From Bacteroidota bacterium (GTDB lineage: Bacteria; Bacteroidota; Bacteroidia; Bacteroidales; JAAUTT01): a stretch of 64,000 nucleotides of DNA. Location: contig JAEYWD010000033.1 of the NCBI GenBank assembly GCA_023429135.1, forward strand, positions 372 to 64,371, in the 5' to 3' direction. The stretch's first letter is position 1. Each line of letters opens with the position of its first letter. Positions 36,725 to 45,549 of the stretch are shown here, piece by piece. The notes below the pieces were generated by a model. The model was given only the letters and a program-made list of their open reading frames with translations, was not told the DNA's origin and ran no database searches. The position numbers and the translations under genes are program-made.

Positions 36725-37855
36725 TTATTTAATGCTTTCAAGTATTTTCATTACCACTTTCTCTTCTTTCGTGAGATCGGTTTTATTATCGTTTTCTTCA
36801 ATCGAATCGAGTTCTTTCAGGTAATCTGTAAGACTTTTGCTCTCGTAAAGCTCAATTAACGACGGGTGCACATAATATTTCTTACACACATTACGGGTGT
36901 TGCCTAAATGTTTTGAAACCATTTCCATTGCTGCAACGATCGATTTTTGGGTGTCTTTTTTTGTTTCGCTTACTCCTAGCTCTTTGAATGCCAAAAAAGT
37001 TTGAACGGTTCCGGCCCAGGTTCTAAAGTCTTTGGTAGTAAAATCGCCGCCGCTCAGCTTTTTAATATAATCGTTAACCATTCCCGAGTCCACGCTTTTG
37101 CGTTGTCCGTTTTCGTCGAAATACTGAAAGAGTTCCTTACCAGGGATGTCGCGGCAACGTTTCACAATGTTTGCTAAACGACGGCTTCGTATGTTAATAT
37201 CATGTTCAATACCTTTTTTGCCCTTGAACTTAAAATGAAGTTCGGTGCCATTTATTTTAACATGCTTGTCCTTTAAAGTAGTTAAACCATAGGAACCATT
37301 TTGTTTCTCGTAGCTTGTATTGCCCACCCTTATAGGTGTACGTTCCATTAAACTGACAATGGTGGCAAGCACCTTATCATGTGAAAGTTCGGACCTGGCC
37401 AGATCCTTTTCCAGTTGCAATCTTATGGATGGTAGAATTTTAGCGAATTCGTACATCCTGAAAAATTTGGTTTGATTGCGGACCTCGTTCCAGTTACTAT
37501 GATACTTGTATTGTTTCCGGCCTTTGCTATCAATGCCTGTGGCCTGTAAATGTCCGTTTTCGCTGGCGCAGATCCACACATCTTCCCAAGCAGGAGGTAA
37601 TGCGAGCTTCTTTATCCGCGCCAGCGTTTCTTCATCTTTAATGGTTTTTCTTCCTAACTTATAGATAAAGATGTCGTTTTCTTTTATTCTCCTAATCCCT
37701 GGCTGTTGGTCGTTAACATAAACCAGGTTAACGGCTCGGGCACTTTTTTCGGGATTTTGGATAATACTTTTTATTTTGCGCCGTGAAAGTTTTAACTCAG
37801 GGTATAAGTCTTGTTTCTTCTTAACAGCAACTACAATATCGTTGTCAACTTCCAT
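36725..37855 (-). CDS. DNA topoisomerase IB (poxvirus/eukaryote-like type IB enzyme)
   Basis: 376 aa with GRKQYKYH, RVGN..Y, L.FKGKKG and a C-terminal HLGNTRNVCKKYYVHP (catalytic Tyr context). Confidence 0.8.
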   Translation of the reverse strand: MEVDNDIVVAVKKKQDLYPELKLSRRKIKSIIQNPEKSARAVNLVYVNDQQPGIRRIKENDIFIYKLGRKTIKDEETLARIKKLALPPAWEDVWICASENGHLQATGIDSKGRKQYKYHSNWNEVRNQTKFFRMYEFAKILPSIRLQLEKDLARSELSHDKVLATIVSLMERTPIRVGNTSYEKQNGSYGLTTLKDKHVKINGTELHFKFKGKKGIEHDINIRSRRLANIVKRCRDIPGKELFQYFDENGQRKSVDSGMVNDYIKKLSGGDFTTKDFRTWAGTVQTFLAFKELGVSETKKDTQKSIVAAMEMVSKHLGNTRNVCKKYYVHPSLIELYESKSLTDYLKELDSIEENDNKTDLTKEEKVVMKILESIK

Positions 37856-37859
37856 GTAA

Positions 37860-38393
37860 TTAAGCTTCCTCCAGAACAGGAATTTGTTGTTTTGTTTTTA
37901 TTTGTTTAAACTGGTAGGGTGTAATTCCGGTTATTAGCTTAAACTGTTCTACAAAAATATCGGTGCTGGTATAACCAAGCTGATAAGTTACCTCGGTAAT
38001 GGTGAGGTTATAATAGGCGAGCAGTTTTTTTGCCCAGTCAATTTTCTTTTTATTGAAATATTCTTCAATGGTGATGCCTGTCTCAAGGCTAAAAAGATTG
38101 TCGAGATAAGTAAAACTTGGTTTACGGGCCTGAACCAGCGAAGGAAGCATGCTTTTCATTTCTTCGTCGGAATAGTTCAAAAGCTCCTTCAGATATGATT
38201 TTATTTTCTTAACGGTTACGGAATTATTTTCGGAAATCAATACCAGGTTACAAGGTTGAAGCGTTTTATCCAGTTCTTTTTTTAAGCCATCGGTAACTGA
38301 ACTTGTAATTTCAATACCTAACTCATCAATTTTATAGTTTACGCCCAGCTTTTCCAAATCGGGACATACAATATTTTTCAGATAGATTTTCAT
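37860..38393 (-). CDS. short AraC-family transcriptional regulator (second copy in this block)
   Basis: 177 aa with a C-terminal HTH (ITEVTYQLGYTSTDIFVEQFKLITGITPYQFK). The stop-start gap to the topoisomerase IB gene is 4 nt. Confidence 0.8.
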   Translation of the reverse strand: MKIYLKNIVCPDLEKLGVNYKIDELGIEITSSVTDGLKKELDKTLQPCNLVLISENNSVTVKKIKSYLKELLNYSDEEMKSMLPSLVQARKPSFTYLDNLFSLETGITIEEYFNKKKIDWAKKLLAYYNLTITEVTYQLGYTSTDIFVEQFKLITGITPYQFKQIKTKQQIPVLEEA

Positions 38394-38653
38394 ATTAATA
38401 TTTTTAGATGTTTATTGGTACATTTAAAACCTGTAACTTTTAAGTTCAGGTAATCCGGGAACATATACCACAATTCAATTACCTGAAATTTCCAGAAAAA
38501 AGATCATGGAATACTTTAGTTTATTTTTAGATTCCCTTTATACTTAATCTTAAAATTCTGTAAGTTTTCTACTAAAAATATTATGCCAACAAGTTAACCG
38601 GTTGAAATTATTGAATTTAATAAAATGCTTTCCATAACCGTTTTGGCAAAAAT

Positions 38654-38679
38654 CTACAAACAGGGGAATTTTTTACTCA
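38654..38679 (-). promoter_or_regulatory. copy C of the conserved 26-nt motif
   Basis: Exact CTACAAACAGGGGAATTTTTTACTCA. Its last three nt are the TGA stop of the LigD-polymerase gene. It lies 261 nt upstream of the AraC gene start (38393). Confidence 0.5.
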
Positions 38680-39618
38680 TTGCGAGCCCAGACTTTGCAT
38701 GCATTGGGGTATGTTTGTTTCCCCGCTTAGCAGGCCGGTATACAAATCACCACTTTTTTTAAGGCGTTCGGGAACTGTGAATATATTGAAATCATAAGGG
38801 TTAAACTCATCGGTTAATTCTTCCCAGGCTACTGGTGTCGAAACTGGAGCTCCCGGTAGGTCGCGTACACTATAAACGGATACAATTGATTTTCCTTTTA
38901 TATTCTGCGTGTAATCCAAATGAATTTTTTGGTGTTTATGGGCTTTTTTCTTGTCCATGCTTGTAATCTCAGGTATGCGCTTGTTTGTAAGCATGCAGAT
39001 TGTGAAAGCAAAATCTTTAACAATAGAAAAAGGATATCGCATTTTTATCGGGATGAATATGTGAATTCCTGCAGCTCCTGAAGTTTTGCAGAAGCTTTCG
39101 GCTCCTGCTTTGTCAAGCACCGATTTTACAATTCGTGCAACCCGTTTAACCTGGGAAAAGGTATTGTGTTCCGATGGATCCAGGTCAATAACCAGATAAT
39201 CGGGTTGGTCTATACTCTCGATGCTTGAATGCCAGAGATTTATTTCGGTAAGTCCTTTTTTTACTAGATAAAGAAGGGAATGGGCATTATTGCATAATAT
39301 TGTAGCAAGCCCTTTTCCAGCCGGAGATGTACCTTTCATATGATTCAGCAACACTGGTACCGCAGGATCTCCTTCCTTCAGAAATATGGCCTCGTCAAAA
39401 GTAAGCTTACGGCTAACATACTGAGGCCTTTTTTCAATATAAGGCATTATGTAATTGGCTACTTTATGATAGTAATCAATAATCATCTCCTGGGTAATGG
39501 GGTCGCCCGGAGTATAGCTGTTACCAGCCTGAGCAGTTCTTGGAGGCATGTAACCGAAAGCCAGTAATTCGTCATCGGGAAGTTGCCTTTTAATTTCTGT
39601 ACTATTTATCATGGGCAT
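38677..39618 (-). CDS. ligD: LigD polymerase/primase (AEP) domain protein for NHEJ
   Basis: 313 aa with YLVIDLDPSE (DxD), KTSGAAGIHIFIPI, HLDYTQN, VSVYSVR and PVSTPVAWEEL. Confidence 0.85.
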   Translation of the reverse strand: MPMINSTEIKRQLPDDELLAFGYMPPRTAQAGNSYTPGDPITQEMIIDYYHKVANYIMPYIEKRPQYVSRKLTFDEAIFLKEGDPAVPVLLNHMKGTSPAGKGLATILCNNAHSLLYLVKKGLTEINLWHSSIESIDQPDYLVIDLDPSEHNTFSQVKRVARIVKSVLDKAGAESFCKTSGAAGIHIFIPIKMRYPFSIVKDFAFTICMLTNKRIPEITSMDKKKAHKHQKIHLDYTQNIKGKSIVSVYSVRDLPGAPVSTPVAWEELTDEFNPYDFNIFTVPERLKKSGDLYTGLLSGETNIPQCMQSLGSQ

Positions 39619-40276
39619 GTTTTATCTCCGTTTGTTCAGCAATAACTGAGCCTGTTTTTTTATGAACTATATGAGGTTGAATTAATCCGTGTAAATGAAT
39701 TTCGGGGTCTTTTCTGACTCTTACCTTAAGCCAGTCGGAACTTATTTTCCCGGGACGGTAAACCCCATAGATGTTTTTAGCTGTAATGCCTTCAATATCT
39801 TCTAAGATTGCTGAGCGGTAAAGGTCACATCCATTTCCGGTGACAAAGTTCAGAAATTGAACGTGTAGGGTGTTTGGTGGCAAAACTTTTTTCAGAAATT
39901 CTTTCCGGTTCATAAGAGGTGTTCTTAAAAGTGACTGACCTTCTACCTGCAACAGGTCGAAAGCAAGAAACCTTACCGGTTGGTTTTTGTAATCATGATA
40001 TCTTATAAGTTTTTCTGGGTCGGGCCATCCTGATTCGTCCAGGACTACAATTTCTCCATCGATTACAAAATCAGATGGGAAATTGCTTAATTCACTTACA
40101 ATCTCAGGGAAATCCTGATTAAGCAATTGGCTTTTATTTGCATAAATATGGGCTTTCCCCTTCGACTTAACAGCGATTGTTCTGAAACCGCCGTAATTTT
40201 TTTCGAACAACCAATCTTCATTATCAAATGGTCGTGAAAGTTCAGCCGGCAACATTGGCTTGATATATTCCTGCAT
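39602..40276 (-). CDS. ATP-dependent DNA ligase-like nucleotidyltransferase domain protein; motif I degenerate and OB fold absent
   Basis: 224 aa. Motifs III (VIDGEIVVLD), IIIa (FLAFDLLQVEG), IV (EGITAK) and V (PGKISSDWLKVRV) are present. Motif I reads WLFEKNYGGFR where LigD enzymes have WxxExKxDGxR. The ORF ends ~35 aa after motif V. It overlaps the polymerase ORF by 17 nt. Confidence 0.65.
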   Translation of the reverse strand: MQEYIKPMLPAELSRPFDNEDWLFEKNYGGFRTIAVKSKGKAHIYANKSQLLNQDFPEIVSELSNFPSDFVIDGEIVVLDESGWPDPEKLIRYHDYKNQPVRFLAFDLLQVEGQSLLRTPLMNRKEFLKKVLPPNTLHVQFLNFVTGNGCDLYRSAILEDIEGITAKNIYGVYRPGKISSDWLKVRVRKDPEIHLHGLIQPHIVHKKTGSVIAEQTEIKHAHDK

Positions 40277-40297
40277 AATAGTAGTATTTTCTAACGT

Positions 40298-41074
40298 TTA
40301 TGATACCTTTTTATGCTTAATTTCCAAACTGGCTTTGAGTTGTTCCATAAGGTTCTGGGTTGATTTATTTACAACTTTCAGCTTTTGAACAGGCTTTTGA
40401 ATACCCTCTGATTTCTCCTTAATTATCTTCATTATCTCTTCCTTGTAATTGTCCTTGTATTTGGAAATATCAAACGGTGCTGTAAGCTGATCAATCAAAG
40501 TAACAGCCATCTTAAGCTCCTGACTTTTAAGCTCAGCGGTTTCGGGGATTTCCAGATCGTCGGGTTTTCTTATTTCTTCCTGAAAATGAATGCGTTGTAA
40601 AATGATTAGTTTTTCAGTTGCCCTAAGTACAGCAAGACCTTCCTTATTCCGCATTACAAAACTACCCACTCCTGCTTTTCCGCTTTGCAATAAGGCTTCC
40701 TTCAGAAGGAAATAGGCTTTAATCCCTGTTTTATCAGGTAAAACATAATAAGGAGCCTCGTAATAAATGCTGTCAATTTCTTCTTTGCTGACAAAGTCGT
40801 TTATCTCAATTGTTTTGGTCTTTTTAGCGTTGGCTCGTTCAAAATCGGTATCATCCAATACTACATAATCACCTTCAAGGTTATACCCTTTAACTATATT
40901 TTCCCAAGGCACTTCTTCGCCCGTATTTTCGTTCACCCGCTTATATTTTATTTTTCCATGATCATTTTTATCGAGCATATCCAGGTCTAATCCCGTTGGC
41001 TCTATCGCACTGAACAACTTTACAGGTATATTCACTAATCCAAATCCAACTGAACCGGTCCAAACTGGTCTCAT
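40298..41074 (-). CDS. ku: Ku protein (NHEJ DNA end-binding)
   Basis: 258 aa with MRPVWTGSVGFGLVNIPVKLFSA, E.P...IVKGY and the usual basic C-terminal tail. Confidence 0.92.
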   Translation of the reverse strand: MRPVWTGSVGFGLVNIPVKLFSAIEPTGLDLDMLDKNDHGKIKYKRVNENTGEEVPWENIVKGYNLEGDYVVLDDTDFERANAKKTKTIEINDFVSKEEIDSIYYEAPYYVLPDKTGIKAYFLLKEALLQSGKAGVGSFVMRNKEGLAVLRATEKLIILQRIHFQEEIRKPDDLEIPETAELKSQELKMAVTLIDQLTAPFDISKYKDNYKEEIMKIIKEKSEGIQKPVQKLKVVNKSTQNLMEQLKASLEIKHKKVS

Positions 41075-41228
41075 ATCGCAATATCATTAGGGAAACGACA
41101 TAGTATAAATTATATGCCAACCTTTAAAAGCTCAATTCTGCGTGATTAAAGGAACATAGCTTAGTTTTTTTTCCACAAGGTGAGGAATTTGTTGGACAGA
41201 GCAAAGAAGACTTTCACCCCACAACCCG

Positions 41229-43382
41229 TTAAAATCTCAGCACATACTTCATTTTAAGGTTCAGGGTTCCTTCGGTTATGGTAAAACGTTCCAGAGGATC
41301 GGCTGAAATGGAGTTCCATACAAGCATAATTTCGTGCTCTGGCTTGAGAATCCACTGAAATCGGGATTGCCAGCCCAATGTTTTCGAAAAATTATCGTAT
41401 TGCAGGAAATTATAGAGTGTAATGCCCGGTGAAAACAGAATGTTGATGTTTGAACGGTAAACTTCGGCAGAAAATGAGCCACTTTCGATATCGATCTTAT
41501 TTTGTTGGAACTCCATTCCTACAAACAGCGGAACAAATATTTTATATCCGAAGGCTAGATTGAAATCCTGACGGTTACCGTCGTAGAAAGTTCCCTTACT
41601 GAATTTTACTGTCGACCAGAAATTTCTTCGCATGGCCGATTCCAGTGAAATACTTGTTTTGGTGAAATGATAGGCACCAGCAGGAATAATATAAGTTGAG
41701 TATATTTTAAAAGGAGCCTCCAGGTATTCGTATTGGTTTGAAGAGTTGAACCGAATTATTTCGCCCGATTTAAAACGAATCTGCAAAGGTGTAAAATCAA
41801 TTTGGCGTGTAAGCATCCTGTTATCAAGGTTGGTAATATAATCAATACCTCCCAGAATCTGCACCTGTAATATTCCCCATTTTTTAGGACGCGGACCTAT
41901 TCCGGCATTTAAATAACTTTCGCGTATTCCTTTGCGGGGCACAAAACCCGCACCCGCATGAAAGGCTTCACCAATTTCGTGGAACCCGCCTAAAAAATTA
42001 AAGAAATCGTTAGGGTAATAAACAGAGCCTCCAATCGCATGGTTTTTTCCTGCTGTTTTTTCGGTGTGCGATTTCAGTGCAAATAATGTTAAATCAAGAT
42101 TTTTATTTTTTCTGAATTTGGAAGTTGCCAGGTGAATATCGGCACCAAAAACAGCATTTTCTACACCGCTGGTTGCGTTTCCAAGTGTACCGATGATTCC
42201 CATGGATGATTGTTTTCCTATATTTCGCGAGACGCGGGCTACTGAGAAGTTTCCCAGGGTCGAATCCCGGTCATCGGTAACATGCTGCAGTCCAAGGTTC
42301 CATTTTCCCGCCTGCCCTGTCATGCGGGCTCCCCAAAGGATAGGAACCGGATTACCTTTAGCATCCAAACCAATACGCCGCGAAAAGAAAGGGATAATCC
42401 GCTGTGAATAAGGACTTTCGGTATTTGCGTCGGAGCCAAATGAAAAATAATTTGACCCGTCAAGAAAAAAATCGCGTTTTTCAGGAAAAAACAAACTGAA
42501 ACGTGTGAGGTTAATCTGTCGGGTATCTACTTCAGTTTGAGCAAAGTCGGTGTTGATGGTAACTGATGCTTTAAGCTGAGGTGTAAGCCGGTAAAAAATA
42601 TCCAGTCCACCATCAGCTTTTACCTTGTTTTTTCTGCCATCGTTACCTTGAGTGGTTTTAACTCCTAACAGTCCATAAGGACTTACATCCAGTCCAATTC
42701 CCTGAGAAATATCTTCCAGACCCTCCATTATACCTGCGTCCGAAATTTGAAATTTATAAGAGTTAAGATTGGCTTCGGGCCAGTACGACGATTCCAAAGA
42801 TCGGCGTATATGGCGTATTAACTTCAGTCCCCAGGTGGTTTCGCCTTTTTTAAACGAAAGGGTTTTAAAAGGAATAGAGAGTTCAGCATCCCAGCCGTTC
42901 TCATGAATACGAGCTTTGCCATCCCATAAACCATCCCAGTCCTTGTTCATGTTGGCTCCGTTCTGACTTATCAAAGCATCGCCAATAGAACCCCGGGGAC
43001 CAATCTGAAACCAATAGCCGTTACGTTTATCAAGAAAAGTATCAAATATCACCTGAACCCTGTCGTCCTCGCCAAGACTCACATCGCGAGCCATTTCCTT
43101 GGCGGTAATACCTCCGGGAGCACTGTAACAATGTATTCCTACATAAATATTATTCTGATCGTAACAAATAAATACTTCTGTTTTCTCCGAAATTGCTGCT
43201 CCCGGGTTGGGCTCGCGTTGGTAGAACTCAGTAATAGTAGCAGCCTGTTTCCAGAGATCTTCATTTACCCATCCATCAATCTGGGGAGCAACACTGGTTT
43301 TAACTATTTTAATTGCTTTTTGTGCCGGTAGGTTCGTCGAAACGCATAGCAGCACTAGCAAAAACAGGTTAAGTTGTTTCAT
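41229..43382 (-). CDS. CBM9-like/DUF5916 family outer-membrane-associated protein
   Basis: Starts at MKQLNLFLLVLLCVSTNLPAQ. The N-terminus (APQIDGWVNEDLWKQAATITEFYQREPNPG...) is typical of the CBM9-like domain. A long beta-rich C-terminal region ends in an aromatic residue (LRF). Confidence 0.65.
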   Translation of the reverse strand: MKQLNLFLLVLLCVSTNLPAQKAIKIVKTSVAPQIDGWVNEDLWKQAATITEFYQREPNPGAAISEKTEVFICYDQNNIYVGIHCYSAPGGITAKEMARDVSLGEDDRVQVIFDTFLDKRNGYWFQIGPRGSIGDALISQNGANMNKDWDGLWDGKARIHENGWDAELSIPFKTLSFKKGETTWGLKLIRHIRRSLESSYWPEANLNSYKFQISDAGIMEGLEDISQGIGLDVSPYGLLGVKTTQGNDGRKNKVKADGGLDIFYRLTPQLKASVTINTDFAQTEVDTRQINLTRFSLFFPEKRDFFLDGSNYFSFGSDANTESPYSQRIIPFFSRRIGLDAKGNPVPILWGARMTGQAGKWNLGLQHVTDDRDSTLGNFSVARVSRNIGKQSSMGIIGTLGNATSGVENAVFGADIHLATSKFRKNKNLDLTLFALKSHTEKTAGKNHAIGGSVYYPNDFFNFLGGFHEIGEAFHAGAGFVPRKGIRESYLNAGIGPRPKKWGILQVQILGGIDYITNLDNRMLTRQIDFTPLQIRFKSGEIIRFNSSNQYEYLEAPFKIYSTYIIPAGAYHFTKTSISLESAMRRNFWSTVKFSKGTFYDGNRQDFNLAFGYKIFVPLFVGMEFQQNKIDIESGSFSAEVYRSNINILFSPGITLYNFLQYDNFSKTLGWQSRFQWILKPEHEIMLVWNSISADPLERFTITEGTLNLKMKYVLRF

Positions 43383-43488
43383 TATAAATTTATCAGACTT
43401 TAAAAGTAACAAAAGTCTTCATAAAAAGATGAATTAAGGAAGGCGATCAGGAGAATGAGAAGAATGGGATACAATGAAAGTCTTTCAT

Positions 43489-43911
43489 TCAATCACTTTT
43501 TTTATCCAGGTCCTCAATATCATCCAAAAAGTAACAGGCCATATGTTGCTTCATACCAATTCCGGGATAATACTCTATTGCTGCAGGAGCTGCAAGCAGG
43601 ATGAGCTTTGCCTGTAAACAGGCCTTTTTGGTGTACCTTATCAACTCTTTCCCAATTCCCAGCATCTGATATTCTTTTGAAACAGCCAGATCGGACAGAT
43701 AGGTGGCATAACCGTAGTCGGTGATTGACCTTGCAACACCGATAATTTTTTTGTCAATCCTGGCGGTTATAATCAGGTTAGAGTTTTTAAGCATGGTGAT
43801 AATTCGGGGCATATCATCCACCGGTCGGCGCTCAGCAAGTCCCGATTCATTAAGAATCTGCACAAACTCTTCCGGATTTAGGGTATTTTCAATGGTATAG
43901 GTTATTTTCAT
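43489..43911 (-). CDS. GNAT-family N-acetyltransferase
   Basis: 140 aa with the acetyl-CoA binding motif (VSKEYQMLGIGKELI). Confidence 0.8.
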   Translation of the reverse strand: MKITYTIENTLNPEEFVQILNESGLAERRPVDDMPRIITMLKNSNLIITARIDKKIIGVARSITDYGYATYLSDLAVSKEYQMLGIGKELIRYTKKACLQAKLILLAAPAAIEYYPGIGMKQHMACYFLDDIEDLDKKSD

Positions 43912-44022
43912 CTGTTAATTTTTCTTTTAAAGTCAATTGTATCATCAATGGCAGTAATTATAACATTCATTGATGATTCATAAACCGAAGTTTATGAAAA
44001 TAACAAGCAGAAACGATTAAGG

Positions 44023-44712
44023 TTAATTGGTGTTCTTGTCCTTTTTGTTGGCTCTAAAATCCTTTTTAAAGAAGAAATAACTTAAAGAAACGCTGTAAAG
44101 TTGGTTTTGAGACTTGTCGACATTCGAAACATTGTTGGCAAAGAAAATATTCTGTAAACCATAGTGAAAACGAACCTCTAGCTGAAAATCTCCAATTCCG
44201 GTTTCCTGAATCATACCAATTCCGCCTACCAGTCCAAGTTCAAACTTACGGTCTATTGGCCGCTGATAATAGGAGAGAGTGTCTCCTGCCTGGAGCAGTT
44301 TAAAGGTTTCCTTATCCGACAAAAAATAGGATAAATTTGGCCCGGCATTGATAATAACCTTTGTACTGTTTTTCCCGATAGTAAAGTGAGAAAGTATGGG
44401 TACTTCGAAGTAATTCAGTTTTCTTTTGTACGACATGGTGGTGTCGAATTTTTCGGTCCAGCCACGCTCCGAGTAATTGAATTCAGCCTGAATGCCGGCA
44501 TGAGTTTCCGACATGTATTTGATAACCAACCCACCATTATATCCCAAATTAATATCCTGACTAACAGGAGGCTCAAAAATAATCTTGGAAAAATTTATGC
44601 CATGGCGCGTTCCGATGCTTAATTTGGATTGGTTGCTTCCCTGCGCGGATAAATTTCCTAAAGTCGTAATAAATAGAAAAAATGCCAAAAATATCCTGTA
44701 AGTTGTTTTCAT
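44023..44712 (-). CDS. outer-membrane beta-barrel protein (PorT/OmpA-beta-barrel-like)
   Basis: Signal peptide (MKTTYRIFLAFFLFITTLGNLSAQ), alternating beta-strand pattern, C-terminal ..YSVSLSYFF. Confidence 0.65.
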   Translation of the reverse strand: MKTTYRIFLAFFLFITTLGNLSAQGSNQSKLSIGTRHGINFSKIIFEPPVSQDINLGYNGGLVIKYMSETHAGIQAEFNYSERGWTEKFDTTMSYKRKLNYFEVPILSHFTIGKNSTKVIINAGPNLSYFLSDKETFKLLQAGDTLSYYQRPIDRKFELGLVGGIGMIQETGIGDFQLEVRFHYGLQNIFFANNVSNVDKSQNQLYSVSLSYFFFKKDFRANKKDKNTN

Positions 44713-44829
44713 GAACAATTTTAGAATGAGCATTCAAAGAAAGAAAACATTTTTATAAATGAGAAATTAAGATAACAAAATTACAGGAAGAGGAAGACGA
44801 TTATGCCAGGGATAGTGTTCTAAATTGAA

Positions 44830-44858
44830 AGCCCGGAACGGTAATGACGAACCGGGCT
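44830..44858 (-). terminator. probable terminator hairpin downstream of the ferritin gene
   Basis: AGCCCGG (44830-36) pairs with CCGGGCT (44852-58) around a 15-nt loop. The minus strand continues TTCAATTT. Confidence 0.45.
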
Positions 44859-44930
44859 GTGGAATGTTCAATATTTTCCATTGCAGAAAGGCTGGGTATT
44901 ATTCAATTCATCGACTCCAATACTTAAATG

Positions 44931-45440
44931 CTAAGTAGTTTCGTTACCACCCGATTTTTTGCGCATGGCAAGAATATCTTTGTCAAAAAGATAAAGATTG
45001 CCATCGCCCAAAAGTTTAAGCTTATCTTTTATTGCTCGTACCGAAGCCTCTTCCTCGATTTGTTCGGTTACAAACCACTGCACCCAGTTTTGAGTTGTAA
45101 AATCTTTTTCTGCAATACATACTGCAACAATTTCGTTAATCGAAGCCGTAATATATTCCTCATGTTTCAATACTTCATCGAAAAGATGACGAACAGAATC
45201 GAAATTGGTTGGTGGTTGCTGAATGGCCGGTACAATTGCTTTACCACCCCTTTCGTTTACATAATGAATAAACTTCAGCATGTGCACCTTTTCTTCCTCG
45301 GCTTGTTGGTAAAGCCATTCCGAAGTACCTTGTATTCCTTCTGCTTCGGCCCACGAAGCCATAGCCAAATACAAAAAAGACGAATATGCCTCTTTCTGTA
45401 TTTGCTTCACCAGAATTTCTTCTACATTTTTAGTTAACAT
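44931..45440 (-). CDS. ferritin (non-haem, bacterial Ftn type)
   Basis: 169 aa with LVKQIQKEAYSSFLYLAMASW, EEEKVHMLKFIHYVNERGG and EHEEYIT.SIN.I. The ferroxidase-centre Glu/His pattern is present. Confidence 0.88.
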   Translation of the reverse strand: MLTKNVEEILVKQIQKEAYSSFLYLAMASWAEAEGIQGTSEWLYQQAEEEKVHMLKFIHYVNERGGKAIVPAIQQPPTNFDSVRHLFDEVLKHEEYITASINEIVAVCIAEKDFTTQNWVQWFVTEQIEEEASVRAIKDKLKLLGDGNLYLFDKDILAMRKKSGGNETT

Positions 45441-45468
45441 AGTTTTGTATTGTTGTGGTTAATAATTT

Positions 45469-45548
45469 AAGTCCATAGTCGATAGACTTTTAGTCCATAG
45501 CCAAAATGTATTTAGCCATGGACTATGGACTATCGACTATCGACTAGC
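45469..45548. repeat. imperfect long hairpin made of GTCCATAG / GACTATCG words, between icd and the ferritin gene
   Basis: aagtccatagtcgatagacttttagtccatagcc...gccatggactatggactatcgactatcgacta. The left and right halves are approximate reverse complements. It contains the 14-mer agtccatagtcgat, also found at 48576-48589. Confidence 0.7.
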
Positions 45549-45549
45549 T

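Noticed and set aside
29411-41074. Interpreting the stress/NHEJ block as a mobile genomic island
   Set aside because: There is no integrase, transposase, tRNA attachment site or flanking direct repeats in or next to the block. The composition does not look visibly different from the flanks by eye.
44928-45437. 169-aa plus-strand ORF that exactly mirrors the ferritin gene
   Set aside because: The antisense frame stays open by chance. The minus-strand product has the complete ferritin ferroxidase pattern, while the plus-strand product is Phe/Leu/Cys-rich nonsense.
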